Positions 1 through 7,467 of a stretch of DNA of 20,000 nucleotides are shown here, in pieces. How positions within the stretch are numbered: position 1 is the stretch's first letter; the number at the start of each line of letters is the position of its first letter. Source of the stretch: an uncultured virus (IMG/VR IMGVR_UViG_3300035429_000176) (Duplodnaviria; Heunggongvirae; Uroviricota; Caudoviricetes); IMG/VR virus record IMGVR_UViG_3300035429_000176; one strand, given 5' to 3'. A program made the position numbers and the translations under genes. The notes beneath the pieces are model-generated. The model searched no databases, was not told where the DNA came from, and saw only the letters and a program-made list of their open reading frames with translations.

Positions 1-99
1 CCACCCAACCTTGTCACCCTTTGCCTTATGATAACTGCTGATTTTCATCAAGGCAAGATTAGGATAATTGCTATCAACAGCCAATAGTCCGATGTTCAT
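1..99 (-). CDS. 5' part of a probable phage radical SAM family protein (runs off the window edge)
   Basis: Manual translation from ATG at 99 gives MNIGLLAVDSNYPNLALMKISSYHKAKGDKVGW. I recognise the PNLALMKIS.YHK..GD.V.W N-terminus from phage radical SAM-like proteins; the CxxxCxxC motif is not visible in the window. Confidence 0.65.
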   Translation of the reverse strand, partial: MNIGLLAVDSNYPNLALMKISSYHKAKGDKVGW

Positions 100-113
100 T
101 TCTATTGTTGTTA

Positions 114-953
114 TTAGTTAAACACTATCTTCTGCTGCAGCACTTCGTCTGCATAATATTGATTGAAACTTTTATCACTTATCCACCAATTAAACCCAAA
201 TTCGGCATCGGTGAAGTTACGATTGAGATATCCCGCATCAATCAATTTTTGAATTGTTTGTATCCACTTTCGCTTCATATGAGGAAAACGCTGGCAGTCT
301 TTTAGCTTCTGTTTGTAGTTAGACATCGGGCAAAGAATACATCCAATACGCTTATAGCCTTCATCGTATAATTTGCAGTGCGGTATATTATTTGAGTTAA
401 GATACTGCCAAACTTCACGTTCAGTCCAGTAAAGAATAGGCGAGACAAGAATCTTATCTTTTCCATTGACGCATGTAACCATATTTTCTTTATGCTCGGA
501 AAATTGGTCGAAATTCCCGCTGAATTTGCTGCTAATCTCAATTTCTTCACGTTTAGAGCGCCGCACACTTTCAGCTTTACGAATGCCGATCAAGGTGACT
601 TTACCTGCACCGGACATTTCTTTAAATTCAGCACAGCACCAGCGCATCGTTCGTGTAGGAATTATATGCTTTTTTAGAGCCATGTCATAAATAGACATTT
701 TAGGCTTTATCAGTTCCACGTCTGGGTAATTCCTCTTCACAAATCGAATAACGTCCGGAGGGTCAATGCTCGTAAGGTTCATGTGAGCCTTGAATTTTAC
801 TCCTGCCATTACCGCAAGATGGTAGAGGACTTGACTATCCTTGCCGCCGGAGAAAGCTAAATAAAAGCCATTATCCGGGTCGTAGTCAAGTGCCATCTGT
901 TCACATTTGCGAAGTAAAGCGATAGAGTAATCTATTTTAGATTGCAGATTCAT
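114..953 (-). CDS. PAPS/APS reductase family protein (PP-loop, Fe-S cysteines)
   Basis: LAFSGGKDS PP-loop, RWCC, GIRKAES..R, SPILYWT, and RIGCILCP. Start placed at MNLQSK (953) because the longer ORF overlaps the upstream gene. Confidence 0.9.
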   Translation of the reverse strand: MNLQSKIDYSIALLRKCEQMALDYDPDNGFYLAFSGGKDSQVLYHLAVMAGVKFKAHMNLTSIDPPDVIRFVKRNYPDVELIKPKMSIYDMALKKHIIPTRTMRWCCAEFKEMSGAGKVTLIGIRKAESVRRSKREEIEISSKFSGNFDQFSEHKENMVTCVNGKDKILVSPILYWTEREVWQYLNSNNIPHCKLYDEGYKRIGCILCPMSNYKQKLKDCQRFPHMKRKWIQTIQKLIDAGYLNRNFTDAEFGFNWWISDKSFNQYYADEVLQQKIVFN

Positions 954-969
954 TTGATTCCTTTCTATA

Positions 970-1176
970 TTATTTTGATTCAACTTTCTGCCATCCAAAC
1001 TTAAAAATGTCTGCTTTAAGACGGGATTCAACATCTATCTTGTTTAAGATATAGCCTTTAGAGTCTACATACTCTCCATCTATGATATATAGATATTGAG
1101 TACCCATTGCTGGAAGATATTTATGGGTTAATTTAGCACCACTTTGCATGGCTTTTATTGCTTCTCCTATATTCAT
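970..1176 (-). CDS. Small phage protein, possibly DUF2829/Tad2-like
   Basis: 68 aa ORF that fills the gap in the operon; N-terminal MNIGEAIKAMQSGAKL and C-terminal DIFKFGWQKVE. Confidence 0.7.
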   Translation of the reverse strand: MNIGEAIKAMQSGAKLTHKYLPAMGTQYLYIIDGEYVDSKGYILNKIDVESRLKADIFKFGWQKVESK

Positions 1177-1188
1177 ATCTAATTTGTT

Positions 1189-1929
1189 TTACGCTAATTG
1201 TTTATCGAAAATCTTAATACATTCAAATAAATATTTTGCCACTGTTGGATTTACCGCATTGCCGATACTTCCAACTCTGTGTGACCAATCGGGAAACCCA
1301 TCATCATTTCTAACAGTGCTATGCGCTGGGATTTCAAGAATCCTTTTTGCGCAAGTATATCCGACACTCGTATCTGATGTCCACTGTTTAAATATCGAGT
1401 TAATGCTTCCACATTTGCAAACGTCGCCTTGTAATCCGATTTTGTTGGAGTAGGCAATAAGATAAAGTCTTTCCCTTTTGTGTGGGTATCCAAAAGCGTA
1501 GTTTGATATACATTGCCATTCCGCATTATACCCGATTTTGGAAAGGTCGCATAGGACTTGTTCGAGACCGGAAATAGTGAGAGCTGGCGAATTTTCAATG
1601 ATGACGTATTTAGGTCTAACTTCCCATATAATTCGGTACATCTCACTCCACAACCCAGAGCGCTTTCCCTTAATACCTTCACGTTTTCCGGCAACACTGA
1701 TGTCTTGACACGGAAATCCTCCACTAATGATGTCCACATATCGGAGTCCGGTTGTTTTTGTAATATCTGTGAATCTTTCTGCATGAGGAAATTTGTTTTT
1801 TAATATTTCACCTTGAAATTTTTCTATCTCACAATTCCACAAAGTGTCAATTCCTGCCATTTCGGCACCTAATTCAAAACCGCCAATACCACTAAACAAG
1901 GAGCCGTGAGTCAATTTACTTTGCTTCAT
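1189..1929 (-). CDS. DNA (cytosine-5)-methyltransferase, alpha-type chain
   Basis: Motif I SLFSGIGG, motif IV GGFPCQDISVAG, motif VI IIENS, motif VIII PHKRERLYLIA, motif X GNAVNP. Probable start is MKQSKL (1929). Confidence 0.93.
   Translation of the reverse strand: MKQSKLTHGSLFSGIGGFELGAEMAGIDTLWNCEIEKFQGEILKNKFPHAERFTDITKTTGLRYVDIISGGFPCQDISVAGKREGIKGKRSGLWSEMYRIIWEVRPKYVIIENSPALTISGLEQVLCDLSKIGYNAEWQCISNYAFGYPHKRERLYLIAYSNKIGLQGDVCKCGSINSIFKQWTSDTSVGYTCAKRILEIPAHSTVRNDDGFPDWSHRVGSIGNAVNPTVAKYLFECIKIFDKQLA
1251..1784 (-). CDS. Nested alternative-frame ORF, putative methyltransferase beta subunit
   Basis: 177 aa ORF on the same strand, frame +1, entirely inside the MTase gene; contains LLPTPT and a motif IX-like LLEMMMGFPIGHT. 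Confidence 0.7.
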   Translation of the reverse strand: MQKDSQILQKQPDSDMWTSLVEDFRVKTSVLPENVKVLRESALGCGVRCTELYGKLDLNTSSLKIRQLSLFPVSNKSYATFPKSGIMRNGNVYQTTLLDTHTKGKDFILLPTPTKSDYKATFANVEALTRYLNSGHQIRVSDILAQKGFLKSQRIALLEMMMGFPIGHTELEVSAMR

Positions 1930-2086
1930 TTCTGTTCCGATAGAATACAAAATTATCTTCACATTCTCCGTTCTGATGCGTTATATATTCATTGGTGATG
2001 ATTTCGGGGTGTTTTGGCAATCGGTAAACTAATCCTCCATACACCCATTCATCGTTTTTTGAGCGTTTCCCTCTGAATTTTATCAT
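1916..2086 (-). pseudogene. Truncated YopX-family gene (56 aa)
   Basis: Manual translation gives MIKFRGKRSKNDEWVYGGL..., the IKFRGK...EWVYG N-terminus typical of YopX proteins; it stops early, overlapping the MTase start. Confidence 0.65.
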
Positions 2087-2088
2087 TC

Positions 2089-2532
2089 TCATCCTTTACC
2101 TCCTTTCTTCAATTCTGCAATAAGAGCATCGGCAAATTCCACAGAACTTACAGCAACCCCCTCAAAATCTCTCTCTCCAACCAGTACATCTCCATACTGA
2201 TTACTTAATCGCCCTTGCATAGCAGCTTTTGCTATTTCATACCTGCGTTGTTCCCAGTCTATGGCTTTTTCAAATTCAAGTGCTGTTCCGGGTATTTTTC
2301 TACCGTCTTTTGTTATGAATGAACCGCATGAAACCAGCATAGTACCTGAAGGTTCAACATCTATGACCTCGCCGGTAGCCTTTACTTTAGCTTTAAGTTT
2401 TTCAGCAGCTCTCATTTGTCTCGTGTGTTCTGCTACACAAGTTTTACACCTGTTAGGATATGATTTGCTGAACTCTGAAATATGTTTAGTCTTTCCACAT
2501 ACTTCACACTTCTTTACTTCTAAATAATCCAT
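2089..2532 (-). CDS. Phage protein with N-terminal CxxC...CxxC zinc finger
   Basis: CEVC...CKTC; C-terminal IDWEQRRYEIAKAAMQG segment familiar from Bacteroides phage proteins. Confidence 0.8.
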   Translation of the reverse strand: MDYLEVKKCEVCGKTKHISEFSKSYPNRCKTCVAEHTRQMRAAEKLKAKVKATGEVIDVEPSGTMLVSCGSFITKDGRKIPGTALEFEKAIDWEQRRYEIAKAAMQGRLSNQYGDVLVGERDFEGVAVSSVEFADALIAELKKGGKG

Positions 2533-2534
2533 AT

Positions 2535-2717
2535 TTATTTTTTATTTGAATTAATGGTTGTTGGCTCATAGTACTTGCATTTGTCTGTTTCCGGATTGTA
2601 TGCTGGCCATACCCATTGCAAACGTGTATCGGGTGGATCAGGCAAATAGCGTTTACAACTCTTGCGGATTGAGCAGGTAACGCCCGAACAATAACTATAA
2701 TCTGTATTCATCGTCAT
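2535..2717 (-). CDS. Small Cys-rich phage protein
   Basis: C-x4-C-x5-C-KRY...C-KYY pattern; fits the operon spacing; start uncertain (2717 or 2711). Confidence 0.65.
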   Translation of the reverse strand: MTMNTDYSYCSGVTCSIRKSCKRYLPDPPDTRLQWVWPAYNPETDKCKYYEPTTINSNKK

Positions 2718-2733
2718 AATGTTTTTAATTAGT

Positions 2734-3456
2734 TTACTGTTTTCTGAATGACTGCTCATTGCCGAAATTGATGATTAGCATCATTTCACGGAAACGGTCT
2801 GCAATTCGTTCGTCGTAATATTCTGCAATTTCTTTTGCCGTAAGATTGGATGAGACCAGCGTACAGAACTGCTCTTCATAGCGGAAAGACAGCATATCCA
2901 TGGCGGCGGTTACGTAATCGCCATAATGAATGCTTTCTTTCGGTTCGGAGCCGAGTTCGTCGATTGCGAGTATTTCGATTTGGCGCAGCCTTTTGTAGCG
3001 TGCCACATCGGAGGTGTTGTCGCGTGTGGGATTGTTATACGCTTTAGCCAGCAAAACGAGTTCTTTAGCCGATACCATCATGTAGCCGCGTATCGGATAT
3101 GCATCCGCATTGCCGTTATACCCCTCATCAGAGCGCAAGTAGTTTATAAGGTTTTGCAATGCACGCAGAATGGTGGTTTTCCCATTTCCGGCATCGCCGC
3201 AAAGGAACAATCCGAAAGTGGAGGCTTCCGATGTAATCCAATTGGAAATGTCCCAAAGGTGCTTTTTGTATTGTTCGGTGGCATTAAATTCCCTATGCCT
3301 ATGAGCAACTTCCACCCGGCACGCTTCATATAGCATAGCGTAAACTTGCTTGGCGGTATATGGCAATCTAAAACGAGTTACCATATGTTTTCTCTTCATC
3401 AGATTTGAGAAGATTACCTCTGCGTTGATTTCTGCTTTCGGGTCTAACTTTATCAT
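2734..3456 (-). CDS. DnaC/IstB-like ATPase (helicase loader)
   Basis: Walker A GDAGNGKTT, Walker B LAIDELG, SSNL, and YDERIADRFREM; directly downstream of the initiator. Confidence 0.88.
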   Translation of the reverse strand: MIKLDPKAEINAEVIFSNLMKRKHMVTRFRLPYTAKQVYAMLYEACRVEVAHRHREFNATEQYKKHLWDISNWITSEASTFGLFLCGDAGNGKTTILRALQNLINYLRSDEGYNGNADAYPIRGYMMVSAKELVLLAKAYNNPTRDNTSDVARYKRLRQIEILAIDELGSEPKESIHYGDYVTAAMDMLSFRYEEQFCTLVSSNLTAKEIAEYYDERIADRFREMMLIINFGNEQSFRKQ

Positions 3457-4168
3457 CTTTTCTTTTATTTTTATCATTTACAATTCTCAACCATGCGTTG
3501 AAGTGCTGTTTGGCATCCTGTAAGGAAGAATGCCGGTCTTTCCCGTCTGCCAGGCATTGTACCCGGAAGTCGTCAAGACTGCTGCGCAAAGAGGAAATAT
3601 TCGTTGCATGAAGCACTTGTAATTGGTCAAGCCAACACTCGTCTTTTTTCAGTTCGGCAATTTCTTCATCGATAGTCATGGAGTAAGGCTCGTATTGCAG
3701 TTCGTTTTGCACTGTTGTACTACCTTGTATCGTTTGTGGATTGTCATTCTTTCGTGGCAGTTTTTCAGTTTGTTTGGGCTTTCTTTTCTCGATTAGGTTA
3801 TAATCCCCAATATAGCAAACACGACGGCACTGTACGCATATACGACTATACCTTTCCTGAATACCTTTAGAAGTCAATACTTTTTCAGCGTCAAACAATT
3901 CTTTTGAAAACAACCCCAGTGTCAGGCAGGTTTTGATTACTTCTGATATATATGCCTCCTCAAATCCCGTAAGCTCCGAGCAAATGAAAGGCAACTCTTT
4001 ATCCCACTTCATATAATACCCACTCTTGTAGATATTGCAGAGCAGCAGAGCATATACCGTTATAGCTTTTCCACCTTGATACTTGATTAGTTTTCTTATT
4101 TTAAGGTCGTTAAATATATCTATATCCAGAGGGAAATAGTCAAGACCTTTTTTAAAAGTTCGTGCCAT
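3368..4168 (-). CDS. DUF4373-like phage replication initiator
   Basis: MAR..KKGLDYFPLD N-terminus and LTSKGIQERY; paired with the DnaC-like gene. Confidence 0.85.
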   Translation of the reverse strand: MARTFKKGLDYFPLDIDIFNDLKIRKLIKYQGGKAITVYALLLCNIYKSGYYMKWDKELPFICSELTGFEEAYISEVIKTCLTLGLFSKELFDAEKVLTSKGIQERYSRICVQCRRVCYIGDYNLIEKRKPKQTEKLPRKNDNPQTIQGSTTVQNELQYEPYSMTIDEEIAELKKDECWLDQLQVLHATNISSLRSSLDDFRVQCLADGKDRHSSLQDAKQHFNAWLRIVNDKNKRKDDKVRPESRNQRRGNLLKSDEEKTYGNSF

Positions 4169-4179
4169 ATCTGACTTTT

Positions 4180-4593
4180 TTAAAATTCATTTCTCAAATA
4201 ATCATCCACTTCACGAATGAAATCATCCAGCGAAAAGCACAGAACATATTTGTATTCTCCGTTTTCACATATTATCTTTTGCCATTCTTTTTGTGATGGA
4301 GATTGATAGCCACCTTTCTTTTTCATTTCAATGAGCAGCGCACCATAATCACGATTGCTTTTCAACAGAATCAAATCGGATACACCGGCTGTTACGCCCT
4401 CAGCTTTCAATTTGCCACCTGTAACAGTATCACGTCTTCCTCCGTTCGGCACAGCAAACAACCGGCCTTTTAACTTTGGATACTTCAAATTGAACCACTC
4501 TACGCAAGAGCATTGTATGCGATGTTCCTCATCGTCATATTTTTGCTTCTTTTTTCGTTTCCTTTCCATTTGAAGCATTTCCTCAAGTGTCAT
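4180..4593 (-). CDS. VRR-NUC domain nuclease
   Basis: EEHRIQ, FAVPNGG, AGVSDL, IEMK, QSPSQKEW (PD-(D/E)xK pattern). Confidence 0.88.
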   Translation of the reverse strand: MTLEEMLQMERKRKKKQKYDDEEHRIQCSCVEWFNLKYPKLKGRLFAVPNGGRRDTVTGGKLKAEGVTAGVSDLILLKSNRDYGALLIEMKKKGGYQSPSQKEWQKIICENGEYKYVLCFSLDDFIREVDDYLRNEF

Positions 4594-5200
4594 TGTCGCT
4601 TTGCTTTTCGGGTGTAACAATGGTGTCTTTTCCGGTCTTGTCTACTACAACTTTTTTCCCACCAACGGTTATCGTTGTCCTGCAACCTTCGGGGAGAGAT
4701 TGTATGAAATTTCGTACAACAGGCGAATTGGCATTTTCACTGATAGTATCCGTAATGGACTCATCTGCGGCATATGGATAGACATCCATAATGGCAGTTT
4801 CCGCTACCGATGCAATTTGGTAGTCAGCCATTGTACCTTTCATACCTTCGTCCAATTTCTTCACTGCGTCACGCAAGTCGGCAACTTGTACCAACACCTG
4901 GGTAGACGTTTTTTTCTCAGCACCGCTTTTCTCGTCCAATGTGATGAAAACCAGCTTGCACTTGAACCAACGGTCGGCAGATTCGTCTTCGCATGGGAAC
5001 AGTTCGCTGTAGTTGGCACGTTTGATGTCAGATACCGTGAATTCTCCTGAAATAAACGGTGTCATCTCTTCGATGATACGCGCTTCCGCTTCGGTGAAGC
5101 TGAGCGCGTCAACCAGATAGGGTTCCGTTACTTTCTTGTTCATTCCGTTATCCATTGTCTTTTCATAACGGATTTTACATTCAAACCACGTGTGCATCAT
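4583..5200 (-). CDS. DUF4494-like protein
   Basis: WFECKIRYEK...YLVDALSFTEAEARI signature of a conserved Bacteroidetes family. Confidence 0.8.
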   Translation of the reverse strand: MMHTWFECKIRYEKTMDNGMNKKVTEPYLVDALSFTEAEARIIEEMTPFISGEFTVSDIKRANYSELFPCEDESADRWFKCKLVFITLDEKSGAEKKTSTQVLVQVADLRDAVKKLDEGMKGTMADYQIASVAETAIMDVYPYAADESITDTISENANSPVVRNFIQSLPEGCRTTITVGGKKVVVDKTGKDTIVTPEKQSDNDT

Positions 5201-5472
5201 GAGTTCATTTTTTCTTTGAGTTGTTTACTGACTACAAGTTTTACTGTTCGTCTAGCCGGAATGACTACCGTTGTTCTCTTGTAGATATTACGGGCTTTCC
5301 TTTCTTTTGTGATATAAGTCTTGATAGTGCCAAAACCACGTATATAGACACTTTCACCTTTACAAAGTGCTTTCTCAATAGCATCAAAAGCACAATCTAC
5401 GGCTTGAATAGCCTGTGAACGACTAATAGTCGTATTGTTGATAACATGTTCAACGATCTCAATTTTTCTCAT
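5197..5472 (-). CDS. hup: HU family DNA-binding protein
   Basis: 91 aa; GESVYIRGFGT, ERKARN, IPARRTVK. Confidence 0.9.
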   Translation of the reverse strand: MRKIEIVEHVINNTTISRSQAIQAVDCAFDAIEKALCKGESVYIRGFGTIKTYITKERKARNIYKRTTVVIPARRTVKLVVSKQLKEKMNS

Positions 5473-5560
5473 TGTTTTTATTTTTATTAAAATGATAGAT
5501 CACTATTGTTTGGTCTACAATTCTCAGTTTTGTATTGAGTATTTTCAACTGATTTTTTCA

Positions 5561-5740
5561 TTATGATTCTTGATTTAAATCCGCAGATAGAAGTAGGATG
5601 ATGGCTGCAATGGCAAAACTCATTCCTAAAATGGCATACGTATATGCTTTAGAGGATTTGGATTCTAAAGCAAAATGAAAGTTAACAGCAAAAATGATGA
5701 TATTCAAAACAATAAATATTATATCAAAATAGATTCTCAT
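5561..5740 (-). CDS. Small two-TM membrane protein (59 aa, not in the ORF track)
   Basis: Manual translation MRIYFDIIFIVLNIIIFAVNFHFALESKSSKAYTYAILGMSFAIAAIILLLSADLNQES*. Confidence 0.55.
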   Translation of the reverse strand: MRIYFDIIFIVLNIIIFAVNFHFALESKSSKAYTYAILGMSFAIAAIILLLSADLNQES

Positions 5741-5788
5741 ATTACTTTATTTACTGGTTACTATTATTTTTCCTCATAATCACAAATG

Positions 5789-6538
5789 CTAATAGGGATT
5801 CTTGTTAAATGTTAACGAAAGCCCATTTGTAGCGGCTGTTATTTCTATCTCTGGATATAATCTTTCTATTCCATGGATAAACTCCGTAGCATTGCTGTTA
5901 TTGTCGGACAGATGCAGGAGTAGAATGTTGCATACTTGAGACAGGTCATTGGCTTGCAATGTGAGGAGACAGTTATCATAGGACATGTGCGACTTAATGG
6001 TGCGTTCGTAGCGTTTCTTGTCAATGCACCCGGCAGTGAAATTTGCATCAAGAATTTCCTTGCTATAATTGCACTCCAACATTACATTGTTAAGACCGGG
6101 AAATTTGTATTTTAGGAAATAGGTGTCTGTGGCAAACAGCACTGTTCCGCACTCTTCATGACGGATGAGGTATCCGTAAGGTTCCGCAGCATCATGTTGT
6201 ACAGGGAACGGTATCACTCTAAATCCATTTATCACAACTTGTTCGAATGGTAACAGCCCTTTTGCCCAATAGCTGGAAGAGAAACCAAGCGCATGTTTTG
6301 TGCCTTGACTCATATAGCAAGGTATGCAGGCGTTTATAAAATCGCCCACACATTTGGCATGGTCGCCATGCTCATGGCTGACGATACAACCAACAATGCT
6401 GTTTAGATTGAAGTCAAGAACCTTTTTTACTTTGTTGAACTTAACTCCAGCTTCCACTGCAAGTACCTCACCAGTCTTTTCAGACTGGAAGAGGTAACAG
6501 TTGCCTGATGATGAAGAACCTAATACATGAAGTTTCAT
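5789..6538 (-). CDS. MBL-fold metallo-hydrolase (probable phage exonuclease)
   Basis: LGSSSSGNCY, SHEHGDH, HDAAEP, FATDT, LECNY, LLHLS. Confidence 0.92.
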   Translation of the reverse strand: MKLHVLGSSSSGNCYLFQSEKTGEVLAVEAGVKFNKVKKVLDFNLNSIVGCIVSHEHGDHAKCVGDFINACIPCYMSQGTKHALGFSSSYWAKGLLPFEQVVINGFRVIPFPVQHDAAEPYGYLIRHEECGTVLFATDTYFLKYKFPGLNNVMLECNYSKEILDANFTAGCIDKKRYERTIKSHMSYDNCLLTLQANDLSQVCNILLLHLSDNNSNATEFIHGIERLYPEIEITAATNGLSLTFNKNPY

Positions 6539-6549
6539 TTCAAATAGGA

Positions 6550-7440
6550 TTAATAGCCCGGTCCATCATCCTCGGTTGAGGCTTGGTTTTCGGTACTTGT
6601 TTCACCTTGGGTCTCTTTAATTTCTCCTGTTTCAGGGTCAACACCTGCCGGAACTTCATTGGAAACCGGAGCTGCTGCATCATCAAAACTGATAGTGCCT
6701 TTGTTGGCTTGCGTGGAAATTTCTTTCGCAACCTGTTCTGTAACATCGACATAATCGGCGTCCTCTACATTTTCTTCAACGGTACGCATACCCATTGACA
6801 GTTCCGGTGAGTATGTATAGCACCAGAACGAGGCGGCACGGTAACGTAACATCTGTTCGGGCATAGTACGCCACTTGCTGCCGTTTTTGCTATACCAACC
6901 CTCATCAATCGCCATTTGTATGGTAACGGCTGTACCACGTAAGGCAAGTGGTGATTTTGATGTAACCGGTTTTCCGTTCTCATCATGCGTAACACCTTTA
7001 GGAGTAGTCCATGCCACACACTTGACATTTGCCACACCGTTATTGCAAACTCCACTTGATGTCAATTCAAACTTCAGTGGTTCAAAGCGTCCACAAGTAT
7101 TGATAGTGGCAATTAGGAACTTGGACGACCAAGATGGGCGACCATATACAATGTACAAGTTCTGCATTACCATAAGAGGGGATGCTCCAATGCGTGTGGC
7201 CACATCGAATGCGATTACGCAGTTGGCTACTGCTTCGGCTTCAGAGACCGTTTTTTTAGGTCCTTCTCCGGTCTTACCGCCAACAACACCGCCAATGCGG
7301 TAACTTTCGGGTACAAGACTGGAATTGGCAAACATGGTGGAGAAACGGTTGAGCGTTTCAATGGTTGTCGGGTCAAAGAAGTTGATGCCAGCAGGAACGT
7401 TACTTTGATGTGTAACCGGTGCGATTTGTCTTTCGTTCAT
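6550..7440 (-). CDS. recT: RecT/Redbeta-like single-strand annealing protein
   Basis: PLMVMQNLYIVYGRPSWSS, SKWRTMPEQMLRYRAASF, acidic C-terminal tail. Confidence 0.8.
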   Translation of the reverse strand: MNERQIAPVTHQSNVPAGINFFDPTTIETLNRFSTMFANSSLVPESYRIGGVVGGKTGEGPKKTVSEAEAVANCVIAFDVATRIGASPLMVMQNLYIVYGRPSWSSKFLIATINTCGRFEPLKFELTSSGVCNNGVANVKCVAWTTPKGVTHDENGKPVTSKSPLALRGTAVTIQMAIDEGWYSKNGSKWRTMPEQMLRYRAASFWCYTYSPELSMGMRTVEENVEDADYVDVTEQVAKEISTQANKGTISFDDAAAPVSNEVPAGVDPETGEIKETQGETSTENQASTEDDGPGY

Positions 7441-7467
7441 AATTCTAATAATTAAAGATTTAACTAT

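Noticed and set aside
954..1034. Longer start for the PAPS reductase ORF
   Set aside because: It overlaps the 970-1176 gene; ATG 953 fits better
3368..4168. Iteron-containing phage origin within the initiator gene
   Set aside because: Expected by analogy with other phages, but I could not see convincing repeats
1189..4593. Restriction-modification pair (MTase plus VRR-NUC)
   Set aside because: The genes are not adjacent, and phage VRR-NUC proteins are typically junction-resolving nucleases
6540..7055. Same-strand alternative-frame ORFs inside the recT-like gene
   Set aside because: Short and without motifs, unlike the nested MTase ORF
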